This document shows positions 52,655 to 64,000 of a DNA stretch of 64,000 nt, piece after piece; within the stretch, counting starts at the first letter, position 1, and every line of letters starts with the position of its first letter. Origin of the DNA: Paraphysomonas bandaiensis (lineage: Eukaryota; Protista; Chrysophyceae); assembly GCA_965644295.1 (NCBI GenBank), contig CBFFRP010000442.1, positions 1-64,000 of the forward strand, given 5' to 3'. The notes beneath the pieces were generated by a model, which searched no databases, was not told the DNA's origin, and worked only from the letters and a program-made list of their open reading frames with translations. Position numbers and translations under genes: made by a program.

Positions 52655-53450
52655 TATATATGATCAACAGTCAGTAGGTTTTCGGCAATGTGCTCTCGGA
52701 TAAAATGATATCGAATTGCGATATGTTTTGTACGGCGATGATGAGTAGGATTGTAATGTAACATAATTGAACTGTACCTCTGTTGTCGCACCGAATTGTC
52801 GTGGAAAATGGAATTTTGTATCTGATTTCTGACAATAAAGATCGTAGCCATAATAATGCATCCTGAGCTGCTGACGATAAAGCCAAATATTCTGCTTTAG
52901 TTGACAGTAGTGTCACTGTTTTCTGTAATCGAGATTGCCATGATATTAGACAATTACCTATATAGAATGTGAATGCAGTGGTGGACCGTCGAGTGAGATG
53001 ACATCGTCCCAGTCACTATCGCAGTATCCTGATAAAGTTATGTTGGGTTTAGAGTACGTCAATCCTTGCTTGACAGTTTCTTTCAAGTGCCTATGAACAT
53101 GTCACGCAGCATGGCAAGTAGTTAGATTAGGCATATAAGAGAATCGAGCAAGAGTGTTGACTGCATATGCAATGTCTGGGCGAGTACACACAGCTGGATA
53201 CATTAGAGAGCCGATGCGCTCTTTGTAAGGAAAGTTTTGGACATAACTTTGACTCGCGTTTGAAAGATGTTGATCTAGTGAATCCCATTTCTACCATGCA
53301 ACACGTACAGCATTTAAGCCCTGCTTGCTTTAGGCCATATAGATACTTTTAAGTAATTTGAGTACTTTTCCTTCAGGAATGTCCATGCCAGGGGGGGGAT
53401 GCATGTAGATGTCCTCCTCGAGGTCAGCATTTATATAATAAGCTGTTGTA
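52655..53450 (-). mobile_element. Degenerate Ty1/copia RT-RNase H remnant
   Basis: IYMHPPPG, SIYGLKQAG, GYCDSDW, RRSTT, STKAEYLALS, HHRRTKHIAIRYHFIREH, with frameshifts. Confidence 0.88.
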
Positions 53451-54060
53451 AAATCCTTGAAAGTGTCTCTCTTTGCCCGTCAATAACTTTACATCCAAAT
53501 TATGAATGTCGATGATCAATTAGTATGAACTGCAGCCCAGAGCAAGCCTGATCGATGGATAGTCTCGGCTGTCTGTTTGGTTGTGTGTATGAAGAGTGTC
53601 AGTTAAGAGAAAAATACCCGCCATACTAACATGCATACAGCAGTGTACATACTTCCTATCAGTGTGTCGCATGGGACATACATGTACTGTACATATACTG
53701 CACGTATCCTGTACATACAGGTACAACTACTGCAAATCAGAACATTCTATTGGCGGATTTGTATTTTTTCTTCTTCACTTCTTTTTGTTTGTTGAGATTC
53801 ACACGCACATACATACACATACACACACACATACACATACATACACATACATACATACGCACATACATACGCACAGCACCTGTCCAAGTCCATGATACGA
53901 TAGATGAGATAGATGAGATAGACGAGATAGTGTCAGGTAGAGTGAACACTCACTGCTCAAGATGACGTCGTCTGATCTGATTTTCATGCAGAATTGATCG
54001 AGTGTGATGCGAGGACGTCCACAGCGACCCCGAATCACTCATACGCATACAGACAGTCGT

Positions 54061-54600
54061 ATGGACGAAGTCACACTGCCCCCATTGAAGAAAAGGAATA
54101 TCGTGCTTGAGGTAAAGCGCTCCAGACAGTGTGGTGTGCTTCCAGTGAATGCACGACACAAGCGGGAGGTTAATTTGGTGTTGGAGGCTTTGCCGGGTCT
54201 GCCCAATGAGACGAGCGGCTTCCCCAGTATGGCCACTGAAAGGGCGATTCTTAAGGCTATCGATAATATCCCTGAAATGGACGTCAAAAGGAGCTACAAA
54301 GTTTATACCGTTCAGGAGCGTAGGGCTGGACTCATTGCCAGGGTAATCGATGGCAAGAGCGCTGAATATGTTCTCAGGGAGTACGGTGTCTCTATCCGCA
54401 CCCAGGGACGGGACATGAAAACCATCAGGGAGTTGCATGGACTCAACACGAAGGAGTTCAATACGTTTCGGAGTGATCCCACAAACCACTCTATGCTGCG
54501 GGAGGCCATCATGGAACTGGATTACTCCCCATCCGGTCCCAATGGTTCGCTCCACTCCAATATGAATCGCGATATCTTGGCAATGAAACCTCCAGGATAA
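54061..54600 (+). CDS. HTH (psq/CENP-B-like) protein, possibly a truncated pogo-type transposase
   Basis: YTVQERRAGLIARVIDGKSAEYVLREYGVSIRT resembles an HTH_psq pattern; no DDE domain follows. Confidence 0.45.
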   Translation: MDEVTLPPLKKRNIVLEVKRSRQCGVLPVNARHKREVNLVLEALPGLPNETSGFPSMATERAILKAIDNIPEMDVKRSYKVYTVQERRAGLIARVIDGKSAEYVLREYGVSIRTQGRDMKTIRELHGLNTKEFNTFRSDPTNHSMLREAIMELDYSPSGPNGSLHSNMNRDILAMKPPG

Positions 54601-55220
54601 AGCTGGATATAAGAGAGCTGCATTTGGAATTGGAGAAGGGTGAGAGGAGATTGATATGTCGGTTACAGATCGATAACCAATGGATGTGGCAACTTGTTTT
54701 TTGAATCGAATTCTTGCTAGTCCCTTATATTTTATTTTGACACTAAGTGATCTTTTATTTTCTCTTGGCCCTACTGGTTGGTTCTTTATATTTTTCTGCT
54801 ATTTTACAGAATAGTAACCACTTCACTCTATGCAAAAGGCAATGCATACATACCATATATCAGCAGTACATATTCGTATCTACTCTAACTATCGTATGTC
54901 TGCGTTTACGTAACATCGTTTTATTTTGACTTGTTAATGTGTTTTTTTGAATTGTGGAATTTAATTACAGATTGGATTAATGTAATAAATTTCAACACTG
55001 ATGACTACATACCTCTTGTTGGCTAAACTAATCCAGCTTCTACGAAATAACCTAAGTCGGAATTCTGAACAAATTTCAATGGGTGCTATATTTAAATTAA
55101 TCGTAATAATTTTACTAAACATTCAACAGAACAAACATATGTTTTGAAATGAGTTCATCTATACTCCTATACTACTCGACGTCAATAACATGTGTGTAGC
55201 AAAATTGGGTATGACAAGTA

Positions 55221-55409
55221 GTGAATGTCTGATTATTTAGCAATAGGCGTTGAGACCTTGCATCAATTAGTGGCTAGAAGAATGCTAGTCATACTAGTTA
55301 GACCACTACCCGTAACTAATCAATACAAACTCTTTTATCCTACTATTTAACGCTACGAAAGCTGCTTGTGCGTCGCCGCAAGCACCAAGGTGCAACCACT
55401 TCCGTTCTA
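55221..55409 (-). mobile_element. Short non-LTR retroelement insertion with a 13-bp TSD (copy 2)
   Basis: GGTATGACAAGTA at 55208-55220 and 55410-55422; homologous to 15691-15934. Confidence 0.7.
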
Positions 55410-56641
55410 GGTATGACAAGTATGGGTGATTTAGGAGGTTGTTATGGCTGAAGAATAAGATGAAGTGATGTAGGTTGTAGTATGAGATGAGATGTAGATG
55501 GTAGTTATGATTAGATTAGAAGATACGAGTATTAAGGCCAGATATAGGGTTGGAGTGTACCGTGACTATCCGTATATACGGATGTAACGGACGTTTATGG
55601 TAACCCGTACAGTATTATGATGGTATACGTAGGTATTCTGTAGGATGATATAGGAGTAGATAGCAGGATGTTAAGGGATTTCTATATGATTATTTCTGGA
55701 AGTAGAAAACTAGCTATTTATGGCTGGGAAACCACTTCTAGAATTAACTATGGGGATATAGGTAGAAGGATATGGAGTTTTAGATATAATAGTGAAAGTT
55801 GATATTGTAGTTGAGTTGAAAGTTAAGAAGTAGCGAAGTAAAGAGTAAGAAGAGGAAGTTAAGTGAAGAGTGTTGTGAGAAGACTATCCTACCCCACATC
55901 ACCTGTGCACATGGACAGGGATGATAAGACCAGCAATGTTAGTCATGATAGCGAAGCTCAATCACCCGTAGTCGTTACATGTGTGTGGAAATCAAAAATT
56001 GGAACTATAAATACTGAGGTAGTCAGGTTCGTTCTCGCATTCATCCATCATCCAGTGCAAGCTGCTGTTGAGCTCCCGCTGTTCCTAAGATTTCAGAATC
56101 GCTTATTTCAGAAATGTAATGAACGATGCAGCACAGGAATGCATAGAGAAATTAGTGTGCTGGTGTGATGTGCGATGATAATATATCCCTCATATTTCAC
56201 ACATAATGAACAATAATAGCAATGAACAGCCAATCCTACAGAGCTCTTTGATTACGACTCATAATGCTAATCTGGCTGAGTAGCAGCCACACGATGTAAG
56301 GGGCAAGGGGGTTACTGCCACTACAATGACATCACGATGATACACTTCTGCGAAGCTCTTACTAAATATATCGACACTATCAAAAGTTGGGAGCTATATT
56401 TATATTATTAATCATTTCGCGACATGCATGGCACTGCGACGCTTGGTGTCAGCGCTAGATACCTACAATCAAGTCGTGAACAGTACGAGTGTGGTCGCAT
56501 ATTAGCGAAAGATATCGGTCACACTGTGCAAAAAAAACTACCATTCAAGACTACAACGCATGTTTTGAATAAAAGAGCATTGGTTTCAGGACATTCTCGT
56601 CATGAATTCTGTACGCTTCATGTTGGTACATCGCGTTGTTA

Positions 56642-58122
56642 TCAGACAGATCCGTACACCCCTTCTGGTATATGATACGGATTAGTGCACAGTCCATGGT
56701 CACTGCACTGCGCATCCTTGCCAAGATGATGCTTTGGCTCGCCGGTAACAGAATCAACACTTCCTCCCTCGTCAGACATTGAGCGATGTCTAAGATATAA
56801 ATGACGCTCCACCTTGTGCTCCAAGCCGTCACGCTTCTGGTAGTCCACCTGATAGCATGTGACATGAAGATGAGAACAACTAAAAATACCATCTACACTT
56901 ACGTGAACGAATGCCCGCTCCACTACATCATATTCCTCAATTCTGTGCTGTAAAGCAAGTGCAATGTCATGGCTTTCACGTACAGTCATCTCAGCAGGAA
57001 GTACTATTTCCATTTCGACATCTGTGATAACGAATCCATGTAAGACGAAAAATATTACCGCAGACAAGGGGCAAACTCATTCACCCAATAATATACAGCC
57101 AACATGACGAGGAAATCTAAGACTTACTGAAAGCCGCTCCAAAGTGGTAAGCTCTGGTTACATCGACGGTGATACGAGGGTCGTGGTTTTCGGCGAGCTC
57201 GTTCATCGAATTGATAAACTCATCGGGGGCAGTATGTCCCACTATTTTCTACAGTCCATATATTATCAGATCAACTTAGAGCATTTACGTAATAGTAACT
57301 CAGATCTACCTTCACTTGATCCATAATAACATCGTGCCAACGATATATAATGACCGCCGATATTGCGATTGCCCCCACAGGATCTATCCACCACCTCAGA
57401 GGGTACTGAATAGATATATAAGCTGTCAAAATAGCCATAGTGTTACTCATGACATCATTCAAGTGGTCCTCAGCTAATGCATCTAGAGTGTCTGATGAGA
57501 GGTTGTTTTTGCTATTCACATGACGGCAGTAAATAAAGAGAATAACCTTGAGACCGGTCCCGACACCTGTTCGGAATTAAAGAACACTAACAAATCCAAC
57601 CGAACAACTGTATACCTAATATTGCAAACATTATGACTCCATAATGCAACTCGGGTATGGCCCCTCGAAAAACCCCATCAATAAGCTCCATAAATGAAAC
57701 TAAATCAAATATAAAACAGCGATTAGAAACATAACAAGGCTTACATTGCACGACTTCAATACTGGCCATAATCATGACAGCTGCACAACACAACACTCCC
57801 AATGCCTCGAGTCTGGATCGTCCTATCGGATAATTGGAGTGATGTATCTGTACGCTGCTCTCAGTGGTCGATAAGACAGCTTGAGAGATGAGATCCACTA
57901 CAGTGACATGACCTGTTAGTAGCTATCTATATAACATAACTGCATTGATGTACCCGCCGAGTCAACCAGAGCCGCTGCTACAGCCTTACTATACGAGAAC
58001 ACAAACACATAGAGCTTAACGAAGAAGAGGAACCAGTTGACCACCCATGAGGCCTGCGTGGCGATTACAACTGAATCGTATCGACTAACACTCTCCTGAG
58101 GCTCTATCGGCTCATACTTCAT
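56642..58122 (-). CDS. Cation diffusion facilitator, Mn-CDF/MTP8-11-like
   Basis: AVAAALVDSAVDLIS, YPIGRSRLEALG, ALAEDHLNDV, WIDPVGAI, HDIALALQ..IE, VERAFVHVDY. Confidence 0.9.
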
Positions 58123-58710
58123 GATCAATGATGATAAGATGACTCGCTATATCCTCACTGCTATATGGTTCGAGCGGGAACTCTATCGGGGATATATAGA
58201 GAGATAGACGGATGTATGGATGTTAATGCGGTTAGTTATATGGTGGATGCGTGTATGTCACCTATACATACATACATATACATACATACACATACATATC
58301 TAATCCACTGTACTGTACTATACAGTCCGTATACGTATACTATACAATGCGAATGGCATGGAGCAGCACTGGTACACGACGTATAAACACCCTCTGCTTA
58401 CATCACTCCAACTAACCAATCAACATTCTTTCAAGATGCAAACACTCTTATGATTGGTTTATAATTCAACTGAACTGTCCAACATCTTTATACACACTGT
58501 AGTATTATGTGTAGTGGGTAGTGGGAGATACTGTACTGCTGTACATGTACATCAGTATAGTATAAGTGTAGTACAGTACAGTAGCAGAGTAGTGTGTAGG
58601 TACGAAGCACTGTATGTACACCCAGAGAGTGAAACAGCAGCAATACATACGCCACTTCTGCGAACTCTAAGCATATAGATAGAGAGGTACAGATACAGGC
58701 TATCTGCAAT

Positions 58711-60341
58711 ATGGACCCCTCCGGTGTTCGTACGGATCAAGTAGCTGTTGAGTCTGAGTGTGAGGAGGTGGCTCATAGTGTGGGAGGGATGACTCTGGAT
58801 GATAGTCATAACAATGAGACTGTTCATAAGAAAAAACACAACAAGAGCGATACTGAGGACTCTAAAGGCAATCGTAATGATCATAGCGATGATCAGAATA
58901 AGAAAAAAAAGAAAAAGAAGAAGAAGAAGAAGAGGGCGGATGATACATCACAATCAGAAGGAGAGGGAGATGAGACTGATAGAAGACACAGAAAACATAA
59001 GAAGAGAAAGAAGAAGAAGAGGGCAGAGGATACATCACAATCAGAAGGAGAGGGAGATGATAGTGATAGAAGACACAGAAAGCATAAGAAAAAGAAAAAG
59101 AGGAAGAAGAAGGACCGGAGTGGTGATGAGACTGCAGAGGATAGCCAAACGGAGAACGAAGCTAATGCTGCGGCTAGGAAACGCCCTGATGGTCCTGTTC
59201 TTGAGAAACGCGCCGCTCGGCGACCTGGAAACAAATTGGAACCTGAGGAATGGACACGAGAAGACCTCATGGAGAAGCTGTCGAGGTTTGGCACCTACGA
59301 GATCGATCGCTCAACTGGATGTGGTACTGTGCGTGTGGAGGGTAAGCGGCTCTTGCAGGATGAAGTCGCGATCCTTGTTGAGCTGTTCAGACGGAATACT
59401 GAGATACAGGTGATCACTTTCAAGAAATGTTTCATGACTGACGAAACTCTGGCATCGCTCTGTGAAGAGGCGTTTTTTGGACTACGCCATGTGAAACGAT
59501 TGGCTCTTCCTCAGAATGCACTCACAAGGGAGTCCACACATATGATCATCAAGACGTTTGCAAGCCGAGTGCGGGGCTTACAGAGTCTTGATTTACGGGA
59601 TAACATCATGAATGCAGAAGACAGTCGGTTGCTTTTCAAGGCTTTTCCCGCCATTCAATATTTGAATGGAGTGAATTTAACCCCTTTGAAGCAAGATAGT
59701 GAGGACAAAAGTTACTCAGCTGCGGACAAGAAAATGACTATCACAGAGATATCAATTATATGCTGTATACTGGAGCGCTATATATATCTTGACACTATAG
59801 ACCTTTCCAAAAACTTTATAAACTCGGAATGTCTTCACATGCTTGCCGCCACCCTGGAGCCTTTGCGCAACATAAAGAATATTAATCTGCGATTAAACCC
59901 TCTCACTAATGATGGTGAAGACAATACCGGAGTGCTAGCTATTATGCGTATGCTAAAAAAAAATAAATGCATATTGTACATGGATATCACCGGGTGCAAG
60001 GTCCCTACCAAGATTGCTGATGATATCGAAAGATCGCTTATGGTTAATCGTAGTGTGGAGGCGTCAGTTCGAGGTATGTGGCAGATGGTAGCTGCTTTCT
60101 GTTCTAATAGTAGTGAGTAGGCAATCGCTTCATGCTGTACATAGAGAACAGAATAGCAGCAGGTGCTCCACCGCCACCCCGCACATACTTTCATGGATGG
60201 ACTCCGAGCCTGAAGTTGGATGACACATTTCTGAATTCAAAACAGAATGCAGCCAAAAATATGGATGTCGTTGTGGAGGGCGATCATATTATTCTTCCGA
60301 GAGGTATAGGAGGGAAGAGAGCGGGGGCAAGTAGAAGCTGA
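58711..60341 (+). CDS. RNI-like LRR protein with Lys-rich N-terminus
   Basis: LQSLDLRDN, LDTIDLSKNFI, INLRLNPL; duplicated KKKRAxDTSQSEGEGD..DRRHRKHKK block; intron ~60074-60143. Confidence 0.8.
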
Positions 60342-60749
60342 TGTACACCTTTGCTGTGTGTTTTGTAAAATTATTGAACTATGTAATATACTTGTTATGT
60401 GTTAATTGATATAATTCTTCGTCCGAATGACTTCTGTTACAACTCAATGGTTTCAGCATTCATGTTTCATGTCTAGTTAAATTTACACACCAAGACTACA
60501 GTACTTCGTCGTTGATTAATTGCGAATTAGAGTTCAACAATGATGAGATAGGCTAAGTTATTTTCACCTCGTCAGAATTAATTCTATCGTTTCCATAGGT
60601 CTTACACTCCCTATTTAGGCACAATCAAAAGCTAATTAAGATAGTTAACAATAACAGAAAAATCAAAACTACCAATAAGATCACTGGAGCTACATGTAAA
60701 CAAATCTCTATATCCTATATCCACACCTTTCGAATATAGTTTGATGCTC

Positions 60750-61651
60750 TCACTTGGATGGACTTCTGTCCATTTCACTTTCTACCGTTGCGCAATTAGG
60801 AGGACGGTATAAAATAGGATTATTGGCAACCGAGCTCGAGGAGAGCTCTGAGCCAGTTGTCGATTGCTCCAGGTGTCCTCGCCCTTGAAACCCCAAGAGG
60901 TACCTTTTATTTTCACCTGATTGCAGAAGCTCTGCCTCCGCCTTCAGTTGAAGCAAGTGCCCCACATATGATGGACATAGTGCGGGACATATGCACGGGG
61001 CGAAGATACAAGCAAAGCAGCAAACAAGAGTAGAACTAGCACCATAATACGCACAAGGAGCGCACAGTTCATCCATAAGGTCGTTACCCTTAATTCTATA
61101 CTGATAGCGAATTAGATTGCGTAAACTGCATGGCGTAAGGCAGCAGCATGCCATCTCCCATGGCATCCCGAGGCCTGTGAGGGCCACATCACCAATTGTA
61201 CAAGGCGTACAACACGTAGCATTAATACATTCTTTACAATCACACACACCCAAAGGGTTCTGGAAGGCATTGCTGTTGAACACAGTTCCAGCGCCTGGCG
61301 GGTTCCCGTAATGTCTAGTGGTCTGCAGGAGTTGATTGGCGGAGCAGCAAGGGCACAAACAGGCCAGCATGCAGTCGTCCCGTGCATCTCCAGGTATACC
61401 ATAAGCTGTTCTTATGAGCCACCTGATAACACAGATAACACCCCACATACACCACTATCACGATCATGTACAGACCTTGAAGGTACGTGTCCTAAACAGC
61501 ATGCGTTAAAGCAGCGGGAAGACCCGTCCAGATTAGTGCGAGCCTGCGCCACAGCTAACACCGGGCAACAGTACGAGAACACGCAGTCTGCATAGCCCCC
61601 TGTCTCTGTTAAGGAGATAACAAAGTTATCGTGATCCCGTATACTCGACAT
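60750..61651 (-). CDS. Tandem PLAC8-domain Cys-rich protein
   Basis: Two PLAC8 units (CCPVLAVAQAR...IRTAYGIPG..DDC..CLCPCC; CCTPC...IRYQYRIKG); one short intron. Confidence 0.85.
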
Positions 61652-62065
61652 GCAGGGATGTTATGCCACTAATCACACTCACACCAACCCTCCTCGTATC
61701 TAGATACTCTCAGCATGTACAGGACCATACCATACATATGTATGCAGGAGTTCCTATGCATGTACAGCACTGTATGTACGTATGTACGTATGTATGTGGA
61801 GCACTCTGTATGTATTTAGGTACAATAGGTAGGTAGTGAGGTATGTACTGTGTGTATGTACATATATTACAGTACACCAGTACAAGTGTGCAGCAGTACA
61901 TGTACAGAGTACAGTGTACAGTGTACAGTGTAGTGTAGTGTGGTATGCTAATGTTGGAGTGTACTGCTGTATGTGCGTATAGGAGGGTAGTACAGTACAG
62001 CTACCTGCACAGTGCAGGCGTCTGTCAAGAGACGGTGTTTAATCCGACAGATCTCCCTCACTGAT

Positions 62066-63611
62066 ATGACGTGGGCTCTAGCAAAGCTATGCAAGGTGTT
62101 GGCAGTGTGTATGTCTCTGCGCAACAGTCTGAAGCTGCTCAAGGGCATGTCCCTGTCGTCCGCGTCTCTGTCGCAGGAGGGGCGAGGAGTGCTCATGTTC
62201 TGGACCATCTGCGGGGTGTTCATTGTATTCGAGCAGTATTTGGAGTATTTCATCCGGTGGTTTCCCATGTATTACTATGCGAAGTCCCTCTTCATCGTGC
62301 TCATGGCTGTGCCGAGATTGAGATTCACTCACTATGTCTTCAATAACGCCCTCGTGCCCTCTATGGAGTACATCCACAAGTCCTTCGGGAGCATTCATGA
62401 GATGAGCACTGCTGATTTCTTGCTTTTAATTCCAATCAATATCGCGTTATTGATGTTTCCTGCGCATATGGAGGGGGCCAACATAAGCGATGAGAAGGCC
62501 TATGGGGAGGTCTCTTGTGATTATAATGACGAAGGGGACACTGATATAGATCTGAGTATTAATTTAGATAATGACGATATAGTATCAGAGGTAGATCATG
62601 ATGATGGTGCTAAACTTACTGAGAACGACAACACGAAAGTCCAAACTCCTGGTGCGCATTTGACTCCTGATCGAGCCAGTAAAACTCCAGATAGCAATAA
62701 TCAGAATGAGCGGAGTGAGAACATAATGACGACCCCTGTATCCGCATCTAAACGAGGGCTGTATAGAAATAGTACAGATATCGTAGTTGGTAGTATGAGA
62801 CAGGTGTGTGGCTATCGTACATGTTTATATCCATATCGTTTGCTTCCGTTTGTACTGATTGCGCTTTATGTTTCTACAGTTGCTCACTGGCGATTCAGAC
62901 TCAAAGATGAGCGACTCTGTCTTTAATTTTGATTTACACTCTCCTAACCCCAACTCTCAGTATCGATTAAGACATTCCATGACTCCAGGCTCGCATGCCT
63001 CCCGATCGCCAGACAGCAGCTCCAGGTCCAACGTAGTCGGGGGATTGGATGGGGATAGAGAAAAACACGTCACTCAGCGAAAGCCCAGCATATATAAACC
63101 AACAGATCTGTCTAATAGATCTCAGTCTGGAGCGACATCACTTCGTAGTGATGCGGTAAAGTCGTCCCACCGAATATTGCGTAATTCATCGCGGATATCA
63201 TCGAGGGACAGAGACATTTCGGTGGCTCGTGAAAATTGTTCTAAAGATTCAATGCCACTGCAACCACCTATCGCAGAGAGCAAGTTATCAGATATATCCA
63301 CTGAGGCATCTAGTCGTCCTTCTCTGCGTTCGAGATTGCACACTGCTGCGGGTGCATTGAGTCAAAAAGCAGCAAAGATGTCAAGTAGAAGTAGAAGTAG
63401 AGGGCGGGTCGGCAGTCGGACTTCCTCCAGGGATCAAACCATCCTCAGTGAGAATCGACTGGACAGAATCGATGATTCCCATTATTTAACCTCAGTCAGT
63501 GTTGATGAAGCAGCAACTTCGAAACTGTCTACCAGAAGACGAAGCGCCAAATTAAGTTCAACATCGACTGGCAGTGCCAGACAGACAAGCAACTCGTCTA
63601 AGAAACGGTAG
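62066..63611 (+). CDS. TB2/DP1/HVA22 (REEP-like) protein with a long disordered tail
   Basis: LMFWTICG...EQYLEYFIRWFPMYYYAK; intron ~62804-62879. Confidence 0.8.
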
Positions 63612-64000
63612 CTTGTGAATTTGATTGTAGAGACAAGTTCCGCTTCCTTTTATGGCTGTAATTGTGCAGGATAAGTTGTATTTAATACACGGCGGATAAT
63701 TACGCGGAATATATCAGTGAATGGTGATATTCTTCAGAAAATATCGTGTAGCGAATTAATACGCTTTCGCAATATTGTAATTAAGTATATAATTTTTTTG
63801 TGGACAAATACACTACCTCTCTGTGGATTTAGAATAGCCCTGTGAAGTTTACAGTTTTAAGAACTTTGCAGGAGAAATGAGAATTTGATTTCCCAAAGCG
63901 AATCGGATACATTTGTCAGGGTATGAAATCATCACACTGCTGTAAGTATATAGTCCATGCTACCGAAATCATTTTTATTCCTTCAATCATACTGCAATGT

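Noticed and set aside
55423-55890. Strongly C-poor, strand-biased tract with a short palindrome
   Set aside because: Probably TE-derived, but no boundaries, second copy or ORF to support a call.
1-64000. tRNA, rRNA or snRNA genes; telomeric repeats
   Set aside because: None recognised by eye; tRNAscan-SE/Infernal would be needed to exclude them. The ACAT arrays are internal and gene-flanked.

Overview
Eukaryotic nuclear DNA with many short GT-AG introns, from a flagellated protist (IFT122 is present). Gene style suggests a stramenopile, but that is inference. From 6.6 to 64 kb lies a compact set of host genes, mostly in head-to-head pairs: OPT transporter, F-box/ankyrin-like repeat protein, C2 protein, HSPA13-like Hsp70, an apparent anoctamin-SMP-C2 fusion, SAMHD1-like HD protein, SFT2, Tim21/Coa1-like, NAA20, IFT122, METTL21-like, GNAT, a Cys-rich membrane protein, MTP/CDF transporter, LRR protein, PLAC8 and HVA22/TB2. 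The pairs are separated by purine-pyrimidine-alternating (ACAT-rich) spacers, and TE debris sits in the other gaps. The first 6.5 kb is foreign-looking. A young non-autonomous LTR element with AGTT...AACT ends sits inside an AT-rich, intronless, virus-like block (Polinton-like virus/virophage-like; fiber-like, penton-like and small basic ORFs). That block contains three same-orientation termini, all ending CTCTCTGTGTGTG(T); the inner two each cut a gene of the next element out. Strongest leads: this nested stack of viral ends, the in-frame TMEM16-to-extended-synaptotagmin fusion, the combinatorially varied F-box repeat protein, two hairpin-forming inverted duplications, and the bidirectional ACAT-rich promoter architecture. 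Exon structures were read by eye and family calls come from motif recognition, not database searches.
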